From positions 288,001 through 352,000 of the forward strand of contig OZ244160.1 in the NCBI GenBank assembly GCA_965216325.1: a stretch of 64,000 bases of DNA. The letters are read 5' to 3'. This document shows, piece after piece, positions 25,459 to 36,755 of this stretch. Within the stretch, counting starts at the first letter, position 1. The number at the start of each line of letters is the position of its first letter. The DNA comes from Coraliomargarita sp. (GTDB lineage: Bacteria > Verrucomicrobiota > Verrucomicrobiia > Opitutales > Coraliomargaritaceae). Position numbers and translations under genes: made by a program. The notes beneath the pieces were generated by a model that saw only the letters and a list, made by a program, of their open reading frames with translations, did not search any database and was not told the origin of the DNA.

Positions 25459-25576
25459 AATAAAGTTAGCGTTGGCAAAGGTTTGCAGTTCGAACTCAGT
25501 TGGGAGCGCTAATAAAGAGGCATTCCGCTGGACTTAAAAGACGAAAATCAGCTGTGTTGCTGATTTGTAAAAATGT

Positions 25577-26218
25577 TTAGTTCGATTCCTGCGTGGTGAT
25601 TCTACGTTCGTCGACGACGACGCTGCGACTGAGCATGTCGTGGCCCATTTGGCGTCGTTTATTGAAAAACAGCGGAATCAGTATCGCAGCCCAACCAAAA
25701 ACACCGAAGAAGAACAGGCCGGCAGTCTTGAGGCCGCCGCGCACTAGGCTGCTGAACAGGCTTGGTGCATGTAGATTGATGGTGCTGACCGTTTTTAAGC
25801 GACAAGTTCGTTTCCCGAGGGTGCTACCTCCAAGCAGTCCTTCCACGACTGCAAAATAGAACCAGAAGGTCATGATGATGACGCTAAAAATATAGCTCAA
25901 CACATCAAGCAGCGCGGGGTCCATCTGCTCAGGGTTGCGGGCTATGTTGAGTGCGTATTCAAAGTCCTTAGAGGCTTCGAAGTGCGCATCGAGCAATTCG
26001 AATGCATCGGGGTGATTCGCCAATAAGCTGAATTTGAGGATGACTAAGCTGACCCCCAGCGCCAACACCGCATCCATCATAAATGCGAGCAGGCGAATGC
26101 CGAACTTTGCTGCGGGCATTGGACCGTCGTCGCGAAAAATCGAATCCAGCACGGTCGCTGGCTTGAGTTCGCCAGTCGTTTTGGGACCTTGGGGGGCTGC
26201 CTCTGGACCTTCGCTCAT
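25577..26218 (-). CDS. RDD-family membrane protein
   Basis: RLLAFMMD, GSTLGK, QMGHD. Confidence 0.85.
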   Translation of the reverse strand: MSEGPEAAPQGPKTTGELKPATVLDSIFRDDGPMPAAKFGIRLLAFMMDAVLALGVSLVILKFSLLANHPDAFELLDAHFEASKDFEYALNIARNPEQMDPALLDVLSYIFSVIIMTFWFYFAVVEGLLGGSTLGKRTCRLKTVSTINLHAPSLFSSLVRGGLKTAGLFFFGVFGWAAILIPLFFNKRRQMGHDMLSRSVVVDERRITTQESN

Positions 26219-27090
26219 TAAGCGTTGGCAGCTTTAAAGGCGCGGAAGGTGTTGTGCATGAGCATGGCAACCGTCATCGGACCCACACCTCCGGGGACTG
26301 GTGTGATGTGCGATGCCTTTGCTGACACTGGCTCGAACTCGACGTCACCGACCAGGCGGTAGCCACGCTTTTTGCTGGCGTCCTCGACGCGGTTGATGCC
26401 GACGTCGATCACGGCGACGCCGTCTTTCACCATGTCGGCAGTCACGAAATTCGGACGGCCGATGGCAGCGATCAACACGTCTGCCTGACTGGTGATTTCA
26501 GCGAGGTTGCTGGTGCGGGAGTGGCAGACGGTGACGGTCGCATTGCCCGGGCAGGCCTTTTGCATCATGAGCAGGGCAGCTGGTTTGCCAACGATTTGGC
26601 TGCGGCCGAGCACGACGACGTGCTTGCCTTCGGTTTCGATGTTGCTGCGCTTAATCAGTTGGACGATGCCAGCAGGAGTGCAGGCGACGAAGCCGGTGTT
26701 GTCTTCTTGGCAGAGCTTGCCGATGTTGACCGTGTTGAAGCCATCGACATCTTTCTCTGGTGCGACGCGGTTGAAGGTTTCGGTCTCATCAATGTGCTTG
26801 GGCAGTGGGGCTTGCACCAGAATGCCGTTGACATCCGGATCCGCATTGAGGGCATCGATTTGTGCGAAGAGTTCCTCCTTGCTGACGTCCTCCGGCAGGA
26901 TGTGTAGGCTGCTGCCGATGCCGATGCGCTCTGCGGTCTTTTGCTTCTTGCGAACGTAGGAAACGGAGGCTGGGTCTTCGCCTACGCGGACGACGGCGAT
27001 AACTGGCTTTTTGCCGGGAAGGGCGCTGACTTCTGCAGTCAGTTCTTCAATGATAGATTCTGCGATAGCGTTACCGTCGATGAGTTGCAT
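26218..27090 (-). CDS. folD: Methylene-THF dehydrogenase/cyclohydrolase
   Basis: [30 protein letters not shown]. Confidence 0.96.
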   Translation of the reverse strand: MQLIDGNAIAESIIEELTAEVSALPGKKPVIAVVRVGEDPASVSYVRKKQKTAERIGIGSSLHILPEDVSKEELFAQIDALNADPDVNGILVQAPLPKHIDETETFNRVAPEKDVDGFNTVNIGKLCQEDNTGFVACTPAGIVQLIKRSNIETEGKHVVVLGRSQIVGKPAALLMMQKACPGNATVTVCHSRTSNLAEITSQADVLIAAIGRPNFVTADMVKDGVAVIDVGINRVEDASKKRGYRLVGDVEFEPVSAKASHITPVPGGVGPMTVAMLMHNTFRAFKAANA

Positions 27091-27137
27091 AGGAAGGTGA
27101 TGGTGAGCGTTAAAGTGGAAGTGGGTGAGGGTTGAGT

Positions 27138-28031
27138 TTATTCGGAAAGTTGGAGGCTGCGGGCCTGAATGATGGATTCGGAGCTGTCAGCGCTGAGAGG
27201 TCGAACCTCACCTTGAATCAAGACTTGTTTGCCAAGGTAAGGGCGTAGATCACTGATGAAGATGTCCGACATGTCAACATAGGCGATGCGCTTGTTGCCT
27301 CGGTAGAGGCGCAAGGGAAAGTGGGCGGGTTCGCTACCGCGCTCGCGTTGTAGGGTGCCGAACAGGTTGCGGATGACTGCGTCGCTTGTCGTGGGCGCGG
27401 TGCTGCTGTTTTGATTGGAACTATCTTGTGTTGTGACAACGAGATCTGTTGGGCCAATGGGGGTGTAGCCCGTGATGGTTCCTTGTGGAATCGAAACCGC
27501 GGTTTCGCGTCCCTTTCGATGTGTATCAATAGTCACGACAGGCTTGTTCGGCTCGAGTCGTGAAATGTGCGTTTGGAGTGGGCGAGGGCTGTCGATCGCA
27601 ACGGTGTTGGGGAGTTCGCTGATTAAGTAATAGGCAGTGACAGCTTTGTTGAATTTGACGGTGGCCCAAATGCGGTCGTCGGATAGGGCGGTGACCTTGA
27701 TTCGGTCCGCTTCCTGACAGGTGGTCAGTGGAGCTGCTTCTAGGGACGGGCTGACTCTGACTACGGTACCGAGCTGGATGGAGAAGTTTTTGCCGAGTTC
27801 GTCGGTGGGCACGTATCCTTGGTGGGCGGTTTGGACTAAGGTTTGATACCAGCCGTCCTTGGCTTTAGTTGGATTTGATACCGGGACGCCGCTTGCGAAG
27901 GCCGCGTGCGTCGGTGGAATGCGGCCGATGACGGTGGCATCGGGATCTGCAGCTGTGCGCAGTAACACGTCACTTGCGCTAGCGCTAGTGACAATGAGGG
28001 CGATGGCAAGGATGCTGCGAACTAATTTCAT
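27138..28031 (-). CDS. Exported hypothetical protein, SH3-like N-terminal repeats
   Basis: Signal peptide; [14 protein letters not shown] / [14 protein letters not shown]3b-like segments. Confidence 0.6.
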   Translation of the reverse strand: MKLVRSILAIALIVTSASASDVLLRTAADPDATVIGRIPPTHAAFASGVPVSNPTKAKDGWYQTLVQTAHQGYVPTDELGKNFSIQLGTVVRVSPSLEAAPLTTCQEADRIKVTALSDDRIWATVKFNKAVTAYYLISELPNTVAIDSPRPLQTHISRLEPNKPVVTIDTHRKGRETAVSIPQGTITGYTPIGPTDLVVTTQDSSNQNSSTAPTTSDAVIRNLFGTLQRERGSEPAHFPLRLYRGNKRIAYVDMSDIFISDLRPYLGKQVLIQGEVRPLSADSSESIIQARSLQLSE

Positions 28032-28190
28032 TGGTCGAGTGTAAGGAAGAACTTTAAACAATCATGCTAGTCGAGCGGTCGTAGGCCTTTGCTTGCAAAG
28101 TGCCGCTTTAGAGTCAGTGGTCGCATTAAATACGGCTTTGATGGCGTCGTGCAAGCACGAGCCCTACAGCCTATGCCGTGATGATTGTTC

Positions 28191-28922
28191 TTATTTGAAG
28201 AGGCGCTCAATATCCTTCTTGCCGAGAATCTTGATGCCTCCCTTAGGAATGTTTTTCAGGACGATACTGCCGATTTGCACGCGGACCAGTTTTTTTACGA
28301 AATAGCGGTTCGCTTCGAATAAGCGGCGCACTTCGCGCTTCTTGCCGTGGTGCAGGTGCACTTCGAGGCGGCGTTCGTGACCTTCGCCGACTTCGGGGGC
28401 GGGGATGACTTTTTCCGCTTTAAGGAAATCGCCTTCATAATCGACACCGTTGAGGAGCTTGGGAATGTCCGCTTTGTTAAAATCGCGATGCAAGACCACG
28501 CGGTAGCGTTTGACGATCTGGGTGCTCGGATGGGTGATGCGGTGTGCCATATCACCGTCGTTGGTGATGACCAGCAGGCCCTCACTGTCTTTATCTAGGC
28601 GGCCAGCACAGAAGAGGCGCTGACGCTGAAGGTCGGGTGGGAGTAGCTCAAAGACGGTGCGCTCGGCATGCGGGTCGCTGTTGGTGCAGACGTAGCCCTT
28701 CGGCTTGTTCATGATTAAGGTGATAGAACGCTCGACGCCCTTCTTGAGCGGCTTGTTGTTCACAAAGATATCGTCCGAGGGGAGGGCTTTGCTGCCGAGC
28801 TCGGCGGTTTTGCCGTTCACGCGCACGCGGCCATCCTCGATGAGCTTCTCAGCTTCGCGGCGTGAGCACAGCCCGGAGTTGGCGATAATCTTTTGAATGC
28901 GCTGGAGTTCTTGGTCTGCCAT
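28191..28922 (-). CDS. rRNA pseudouridine synthase (RsuA/RluB family)
   Basis: S4 domain, NKPKG, GRLDKDSEGLL. Confidence 0.92.
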   Translation of the reverse strand: MADQELQRIQKIIANSGLCSRREAEKLIEDGRVRVNGKTAELGSKALPSDDIFVNNKPLKKGVERSITLIMNKPKGYVCTNSDPHAERTVFELLPPDLQRQRLFCAGRLDKDSEGLLVITNDGDMAHRITHPSTQIVKRYRVVLHRDFNKADIPKLLNGVDYEGDFLKAEKVIPAPEVGEGHERRLEVHLHHGKKREVRRLFEANRYFVKKLVRVQIGSIVLKNIPKGGIKILGKKDIERLFK

Positions 28923-29057
28923 CTAGTCACTGTCTGGGGGTTTCCTGCGAACTGTCAATGTTGCTTGAGCGTTACATTGTGCTTGCCCCGCTATCTGTAT
29001 TCCAGAATGAGTGGTGCCTGTTTTTTACTGAGTAGCCCTCCCTGAGTTTATATACGT

Positions 29058-29806
<749 letters not shown>

Positions 29807-29845
29807 CTGAACTTACGTTAATTTCTTAACCTAGATAACTAAAAA

Positions 29846-30102
<257 letters not shown>

Positions 30103-30168
30103 AAATTTCTACTTTCAAACTTACGATTAAGCCGCTTAACTGCGGCTTAATTTTTTTATATAGACATC

Positions 30169-31428
30169 ATGAGTGAAGCAAGCGACAGACAACGAGTTGT
30201 GATAACAGGTGTCGGCACCGTGACCAGCTATGGTGATGGCGTCGAAACTTTCTGGGAGAACCTCCTGGCTGGTAACAGTGGTATCGACCGCGTGAAGTCC
30301 TTCGATGTGAGCGAGTATGCTTCACAGGTGGGCGCGGAGGCACTGGATTTCAACGCGGCCGATTACATGGACCCGAAAGAGGCCCGTCGTAATGACCGTT
30401 ACACGCAGTTCGCTGTCGCGGGTGCACGCATGGCGCTAAAGGATGCTGGCATCGAAGATACCAGTAAGCTCGAGGCGGATCGCTTTGGTGTGTTGATCGG
30501 TTCCGGTATTGGTGGTATGATCACCATTCAGACGCAGAGCCGTCGTCTTTATGAGATGGGCCCACGTAAGGTGTCCCCCTTCATGATTCCTTCGCTGATT
30601 GCCAATATCGCCAGCGGTGTGGTGGCGATCGAAGTGGGTGCTCGTGGCCCGAACTTTGGTATCGTCAGTGCGTGTGCGTCCGGCACACATAGTATTGGTG
30701 AAGCTTACCAAATGATTCGTGATGGTGAAGCTGACGTGATGCTCGCGGGTGGTAGTGAGGCGGCAGTGACTGAACTGGGTTATGCAGGCTTCTGCTCCAT
30801 GAAAGCGATGAGCACGAGCTACAACGATGCTCCACAGACTGCATCCCGTCCATTCGATAAGGGCCGCGATGGTTTTATTATGGGTGAGGGCTCCGGTGTG
30901 CTTGTGATGGAAACGCTCGAGCATGCAAAGGCTCGTGGTGCGACCATCTACTGTGAGATCAGTGGCTACAGTGCAACCTGTGATGCGTATCACATTACTT
31001 CCCCTGACCCAGAAGGTAAGGGCTTGGGTGCCGCGATGGAGCACGCGTTGACAGAGGCCAAGGTTAAGTCCGACGAAGTTAGCTACATCAATGCACATGG
31101 CACTTCCACGCCATACAACGACAAGTTCGAAACGGCTGCGATTAAGAAGGTGCTTGGCGATGACGCTTACAAGACCGCCATTTCCTCTACCAAGAGTATG
31201 ACGGGGCACTTGCTCGGTGCGGCGGGTGGTATTGAATCTGCGGTTTGTGCACTTGCGATCCGTGATGGGAAGATTCCGCCAACGATCAACTACAATGAGC
31301 CGGATCCAGACTGTGACCTCGACTACGTGCCAAACGAAGCACGTGAGGCAGAGGTCAAGGTTGCGATGTGCAACAACCTCGGTTTCGGTGGTCACAACGC
31401 GACCTTGCTCTTTAAGAAGGTGGATTAA
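30169..31428 (+). CDS. fabF: Beta-ketoacyl-ACP synthase II
   Basis: SACASG, NAHGTST, TGHLLGAAG, GFGGHN. Confidence 0.96.
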   Translation: MSEASDRQRVVITGVGTVTSYGDGVETFWENLLAGNSGIDRVKSFDVSEYASQVGAEALDFNAADYMDPKEARRNDRYTQFAVAGARMALKDAGIEDTSKLEADRFGVLIGSGIGGMITIQTQSRRLYEMGPRKVSPFMIPSLIANIASGVVAIEVGARGPNFGIVSACASGTHSIGEAYQMIRDGEADVMLAGGSEAAVTELGYAGFCSMKAMSTSYNDAPQTASRPFDKGRDGFIMGEGSGVLVMETLEHAKARGATIYCEISGYSATCDAYHITSPDPEGKGLGAAMEHALTEAKVKSDEVSYINAHGTSTPYNDKFETAAIKKVLGDDAYKTAISSTKSMTGHLLGAAGGIESAVCALAIRDGKIPPTINYNEPDPDCDLDYVPNEAREAEVKVAMCNNLGFGGHNATLLFKKVD

Positions 31429-31451
31429 TCGATCGCTAGATTCAGTTTTTC

Positions 31452-31479
31452 AAAAGCCCGGCAAGTTGCCGGGCTTTTT
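31452..31479 (+). terminator. Terminator after fabF
   Basis: AAAAGCCCGGCAAGTTGCCGGGCTTTTT. Confidence 0.85.
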
Positions 31480-31485
31480 ATTCGA

Positions 31486-31587
31486 GTAAAAGCGGCATCT
31501 TGGCCTTCGATGAACTCAGGGCCTTGAGCTTGTCGAAATGGCCGCTTTCATTTAGGTCTAGAAAAAGCGGTTGGAAGCCGCTTCTAC
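31486..31587. repeat. REP doublet with a nested 39-bp palindrome (31503-31541)
   Basis: Removing the insert restores AAAGCGGCA-TCT-TGCCGCTTT; partner AAGCGGTTGGAAGCCGCTTCTAC. Confidence 0.75.
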
Positions 31588-31599
31588 TTGAAGAGCATC

Positions 31600-32052
31600 A
31601 TGCTGCATATCGTCTTATTCAATCCCGAGATCCCGCAAAATACTGGAAACATTGGCCGCCTCTGTGCGATCACGGAAAGTCGTTTGCACCTGATTCATCC
31701 GCTTGGCTTTACCATTACCGACAAGCATTTGAAGCGCAGTGGCATGGACTATTGGCACTCGCTGGATGTGCACCACCATGAGAATTGGGAAGCCTTTAAG
31801 TTGAGTCCACATGCGCCGAAGCGCCTGTGGTTGTTTACGACCAAGGCCGACCATTCGTATTGGGATGTTGAATACGCCGATGGGGATGGACTTCTTTTCG
31901 GCAATGAAGGGCACGGTGCGCCCGATTGGCTGCATGCCGAATGTGAGGGGCAGCGCTTAACCATTCCACATAAGAACAACGAGCTGCGTTCCTTGAACCT
32001 GTCGACCTCGGTTGGCATTGCAGCCTACGAGGCGCTGCGGCAGTTGAGGTAG
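31600..32052 (+). CDS. trmL: tRNA (cytidine34-2'-O)-methyltransferase
   Basis: PEIPQNTGNI, RSGMDYW, RSLNLS. Confidence 0.94.
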   Translation: MLHIVLFNPEIPQNTGNIGRLCAITESRLHLIHPLGFTITDKHLKRSGMDYWHSLDVHHHENWEAFKLSPHAPKRLWLFTTKADHSYWDVEYADGDGLLFGNEGHGAPDWLHAECEGQRLTIPHKNNELRSLNLSTSVGIAAYEALRQLR

Positions 32053-32118
32053 GGGGCGATAGCCTTATCGAACTGCGTTGGTTGTATTGGCACGTTAAGG
32101 ATAACGTGTCCTGCCTTT

Positions 32119-33435
32119 TTACTGCTGTTCGTGCTTCAGGTCGATGAGGATACTCTCGGCAATGCGCTGGCTGCTGCCTTTATTGCGCGTATGCCACTTG
32201 CGTCCGGCTTCGCTCATTGATTGGCGTGCATCTGGATCTTGGGCAAGCTCCACAGCGGCCTGCACGAGTTCGTCTGGACTCTGCACTGTCCGAGCTGCGC
32301 CATTGCGTACCAGTGAACTGGCGAGGACCTTGAAATTGGTCATCTTCGGGCCCATCAGCACGGGGATGCCGAGGCCAGCGGCTTCGATCGGTGTTTGGCC
32401 GCCGTCGTTGGGTTCGAGGCTCTTACCGACAAAGGCTAGGTCAGCAGCTTGGGTCAGTCGGGTGAGTTCGCCCGTGGTATCGGCAAGATGGATTTTGAGA
32501 TGCGCAGGTGCGTCTTTACCCTGTGAGCGTTGGTGCCAGGCGAGAGCCTGCTTTTCAAGGAGTTGCGCGATTTCTGCACCGCGCTCCGCGTGGCGCGGAA
32601 CCAGTAGGAGTCGGCAGTCTACGCCAGCTTCGATCAGTTTTGCTTGAGCGGCGAGCATCGCTGCTTCCTCTCCCGGCCAAGTGGATGAGCCCAGTAGGAT
32701 GAATGGAGCGTTCTTTTCGTTGCTTTCGAATCCGAGCTCACTGCGCAGTTCTTGAATGCCAGCTGCGTCGAGTGTTTGCCCAAAGTCGACGTCAAATTTG
32801 ATACTGCCAGTGCAAACGGTGCTTTCGGGCGAGGCACCGAGTGTGATCAGGCGTTGCTGGTCCAGATTGGTGGCTGCGTAGATGTGGTCGAGTTGTCCGA
32901 ACAGCCAAGCTGCTAGTTTACTTAGCTTGGAGTAGCGCTCGAAGCTCTTATCGGACATCCGAGCATTTACCAGAAATGCGGGCACCTCGTGCTTACGTGC
33001 TTGGTGAAGGTGCTCCGGCCAGAGTTCACTTTCAGTCAAAATGACTGCGTCGGGCTGAATGCGTTTCCAAGCGGTGTTCGAGAACAGCCAAAAATCGAGT
33101 GGGAAGATGCCGATACTGTAGACTTTGTCTGCATAGCGCTTGCGGGCTTCGACGTATGCGGTGCTAGTCGTGGTGGTGAGCACGATTTCGATATCGCCAT
33201 GCTTTTGTAGACCTTCAATGAGAGGGCCGATTGCAAAGATCTCACCGACACTTACGGCCTGTAGCCAAATCCGCTTTTTCCCGCTTTCAACTGTGGGCAG
33301 GCGGCGAAAGCGGCCGAATCGATGTTGGAAATCCTTCCGGTAACCGCCACGTCGCCACATGCGTAGCAGGTAGTAGGGCAGTGCAAGGCACAGGCCGGGA
33401 AGAAACATCAATCGATAGAACCAAATCATCCGCAT
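32119..33435 (-). CDS. waaA: Kdo transferase
   Basis: AVSVGE, ESELWP, VPRHAER, GGQTPIEAA. Confidence 0.93.
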   Translation of the reverse strand: MRMIWFYRLMFLPGLCLALPYYLLRMWRRGGYRKDFQHRFGRFRRLPTVESGKKRIWLQAVSVGEIFAIGPLIEGLQKHGDIEIVLTTTTSTAYVEARKRYADKVYSIGIFPLDFWLFSNTAWKRIQPDAVILTESELWPEHLHQARKHEVPAFLVNARMSDKSFERYSKLSKLAAWLFGQLDHIYAATNLDQQRLITLGASPESTVCTGSIKFDVDFGQTLDAAGIQELRSELGFESNEKNAPFILLGSSTWPGEEAAMLAAQAKLIEAGVDCRLLLVPRHAERGAEIAQLLEKQALAWHQRSQGKDAPAHLKIHLADTTGELTRLTQAADLAFVGKSLEPNDGGQTPIEAAGLGIPVLMGPKMTNFKVLASSLVRNGAARTVQSPDELVQAAVELAQDPDARQSMSEAGRKWHTRNKGSSQRIAESILIDLKHEQQ

Positions 33436-33501
33436 GGGATATGAAAGAGCCTTGGACTGATTCCAAGGCTCTTTTGAGGTGTTTGCTCTTAATAATCGCT
33501 C

Positions 33502-34044
33502 TTAGAAGCTGTATGCTGCGGAGAAAGCGTGCATGTTTAGGCCGTCATTGTCGCTGTAGAGGCCGGCATTGGATGTATGCTGGTAGCTGTAGCCAATTTC
33601 GAACTGCTCGGTGATTTCCCAATGAATGCCGATGCTGGAGGTAAATTGGAAGAAGCCGCCCATCTCGTGGTCATCCTCTGGTTCATCCTCACTAATAAGT
33701 GTTGGGCCAACCGAGCCACTTAGATAGACTGGGAAGTCTTTATAGTGCAGGCGGAGTTGTGGTGCGGCGTGAATCAGAAAAGTTGTCTCGTCGTCGGAGT
33801 CCCATGCACCGATTGATGTTTTAAACTTTAAGTCCACATGCATCGCTTCAGTAAGATCCCAGTCCCACGAGGTGCCGATGATACCATAGACTTCAGCTCC
33901 CTTGATATTGATGCCGCTTTCATTGTCGGTCGTGCCTTGGATGCCGACTTGTTCAAAGAAAGAGCCCTCTGCTTTGGTGTCTTGGGCGATTAGAAGGGAG
34001 GAAGAGAGCGCGATCAATGCGCCTGCGCAAGCGATAGACTTCAT
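33502..34044 (-). CDS. PagL-like lipid A 3-O-deacylase (acyloxyacyl hydrolase family)
   Basis: Signal peptide, FQFTSS, HTSNAG..N.G, terminal Phe. Confidence 0.82.
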   Translation of the reverse strand: MKSIACAGALIALSSSLLIAQDTKAEGSFFEQVGIQGTTDNESGINIKGAEVYGIIGTSWDWDLTEAMHVDLKFKTSIGAWDSDDETTFLIHAAPQLRLHYKDFPVYLSGSVGPTLISEDEPEDDHEMGGFFQFTSSIGIHWEITEQFEIGYSYQHTSNAGLYSDNDGLNMHAFSAAYSF

Positions 34045-34211
34045 AGATACTGTGATTCAGTGGGTTTGTGGTTAGCTAACGCATTTAGAAATAAAAATGT
34101 TACAATCTTGTGGTCAAGCATTAGAAACAGGTCTGGAGAGGCATTTCAGGTTCTTGGTTATTTTCTATTGACCTGAGGGAACTATCGCATTTTCTCACCA
34201 CCTTCCCACAA

Positions 34212-34571
<360 letters not shown>

Positions 34572-34721
34572 CTGGCTATATAGTCCGAGCATTGTTCGGG
34601 CTTTTTTTATGATTCGATCCTTAGAAGGTTCACCTGTAGCTCGTGTCTGCTTAAGTGTTGACTCAAATTGGCCAGTGGCTGTCCTACCTAGCCCTTACCA
34701 TCCTCACAACTATTTGGAATT

Positions 34722-36119
34722 ATGGCTATCTCAGATAAATACGACCTCGTTGTCATCGGCGGCGGACCTGCAGGTTACGCGGCAGCAATTCGCGCGGGCC
34801 AGCTCGGCAAGAAAGTTGCCTGCGTTGAGCAAGAGCGTCCCGGCGGCACTTGCTTGAACTGGGGTTGTATCCCCTCCAAAGCACTTTTGAAGAGCGCTGA
34901 GCTGTTCAATAAGATCAATCACTGTGAAGGCTTCGGTATCTCTGTGAAGGGCGTGAGCTACGACTTCGACAAGATTATCGGCCGCTCGCGAGGCGTCTCT
35001 GACACCATGGCAAAGGGGATCGAATTCCTGTTTAAGAAGAACAAGGTCGATTACATCAAGGGCGTCGGCACCATCACCGTTCCAGGTATGGTGGAAGTCA
35101 CGGATGGCCCAGACAAGGGCAAGATTCTTTCCACAGACAAGACTTTGATCGCGACGGGCTGTAAGCCACGTCAACTTCCCGATGTGGAAGTCGATGGTGA
35201 GCGTATCATGACTTCCCGTCAGGCGCTCGAAATGAAGAAGCAGCCAAAGTCCATCGTGATTGTAGGTGCAGGCGCGATCGGCGCTGAGTTTGCTTACTTC
35301 CTGAATGCATTCGGCACGAAGGTGACGCTGGTTGAAATGCTGGACCAAGTGCTACCGGTGGAAGATCACGAAGTTGCTGGTGTGGTTGAGCGCGAATTCA
35401 AGAAGCAGGGTATCGATTGCCGGACTTCGACTGCGGTGCAGAACATCAAGGTGGGTAAGAGCAACGTGAAGTTGGATCTCGTCAAGGGCGACAAGACGGA
35501 GTCGGTAACAGCTGACAGCGTCTTGGTCGCAATCGGTGTCGTTGCCAACACCCAAGGCCTACTCTCTCCGCGCACCAAGCTCGCTCAAGATCGCGGCTAC
35601 CTCAAGGTCGATGCGAACTACGAGACCAACGTGAAGGGGGTCTACGCAGCAGGTGACATCATTGGCCCGCCATGGCTTGCACACGTGGCAACTTACGAAG
35701 CCATCCAAGCGGTACAGGGTATGTTTGGCCACGGCCAGCCAAAGCAGGTTACAGATTTCCCAGGCTGCACTTACTGCATCCCGCAAGTGGCTTCCATCGG
35801 TAAGACTGAGAAGAAGCTCAAGGAAGAGGGCGTTGCTTACAAGGTGGGCAAGTTCCCATTCCAGGCATCTGGTAAGGCGGTTGCTTCCGGTGCACCTGAA
35901 GGCTTCGTGAAGCTGATCGTTGACGAGAAGTATGGCGAAATCCTCGGCGCACACATCGTCGGTGGCGATGCGACTGAGATGATCGCTGAATACTGCCTTG
36001 GCAAGAAGCTTGAAGTGACTGCGGAGGAGATCCACAACACGATCCACGCACACCCAACACTGGCCGAAGCAACTATGGAAGCCGCCGCTGCCGTCTTCGG
36101 TGAGGCGATCCACATCTAA
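34722..36119 (+). CDS. lpdA: Dihydrolipoamide dehydrogenase
   Basis: GGTCLNWGCIPSK, HAHPTLAE. Confidence 0.96.
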   Translation: MAISDKYDLVVIGGGPAGYAAAIRAGQLGKKVACVEQERPGGTCLNWGCIPSKALLKSAELFNKINHCEGFGISVKGVSYDFDKIIGRSRGVSDTMAKGIEFLFKKNKVDYIKGVGTITVPGMVEVTDGPDKGKILSTDKTLIATGCKPRQLPDVEVDGERIMTSRQALEMKKQPKSIVIVGAGAIGAEFAYFLNAFGTKVTLVEMLDQVLPVEDHEVAGVVEREFKKQGIDCRTSTAVQNIKVGKSNVKLDLVKGDKTESVTADSVLVAIGVVANTQGLLSPRTKLAQDRGYLKVDANYETNVKGVYAAGDIIGPPWLAHVATYEAIQAVQGMFGHGQPKQVTDFPGCTYCIPQVASIGKTEKKLKEEGVAYKVGKFPFQASGKAVASGAPEGFVKLIVDEKYGEILGAHIVGGDATEMIAEYCLGKKLEVTAEEIHNTIHAHPTLAEATMEAAAAVFGEAIHI

Positions 36120-36137
36120 GTTGTAGCGTATTTAAGC

Positions 36138-36172
36138 AAAAAGCCGAACCTGTGATGGGTTCGGCTTTTTTT
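36138..36172 (+). terminator. Terminator after lpdA
   Basis: AAAAAGCCGAACC...GGTTCGGCTTTTTTT. Confidence 0.85.
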
Positions 36173-36177
36173 ATGTA

Positions 36178-36242
36178 GTGGAGGGCAACGCTCCGTCGTT
36201 GCCGCTCTGTAGGTGGTGGCAATGGCGGAGCATTGCCCTCTA
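36178..36242. repeat. REP-like inverted doublet (second copy at 61034-61102)
   Basis: GTGGAGGGCAACGCTCCGTCGTTGCC / GGCAATGGCGGAGCATTGCCCTCTA. Confidence 0.8.
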
Positions 36243-36248
36243 GTCGGG

Positions 36249-36596
36249 TTATAAATTGACGACATCACCATTGCTCAGGGTGATCTGGGTTTGTTTTACC
36301 AGGTGCTGGTGTGTCTGAGAGGCTCGGGATGCCGCGGCCAGTGGTTGTCTGGAGATCGGGGATGGGTTTTGGCGGCTTCGGCTACGGCGTTGGCGCAGCA
36401 GGTCGATTACATTGTTCTTCAGTATGTCTAATGAGATGATGACACTGACTGCAGTGACGACCAGTGCGAAGGTATACCAAGCAGAGGGCAGGACGGGCTC
36501 TAGGTAGAGTAAGGTATTTGCAAGTGTTGTGCCGGAGAGTGCCAGGGCGTAGAGGCCGCTGCGCAGGCGAATGGAGTGATAATCATGAACTGTCAT
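36249..36596 (-). CDS. Hypothetical small membrane protein
   Basis: ORF with two hydrophobic segments; TATAAT just upstream. Confidence 0.5.
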   Translation of the reverse strand: MTVHDYHSIRLRSGLYALALSGTTLANTLLYLEPVLPSAWYTFALVVTAVSVIISLDILKNNVIDLLRQRRSRSRQNPSPISRQPLAAASRASQTHQHLVKQTQITLSNGDVVNL

Positions 36597-36755
36597 GGGT
36601 TCATTATAACACCTTTGACAATCCGCTTCGAACTGGACTCAGGCACTAGTCTAGACCCCTCAGTTAGGAGTTCTGAAGGGCCCAGTTTGAAGTCGGGCCT
36701 GCTTTAGTTGATTATTTTAATTACTCTATCTATCTTGTTATTAGTACTTTATGTT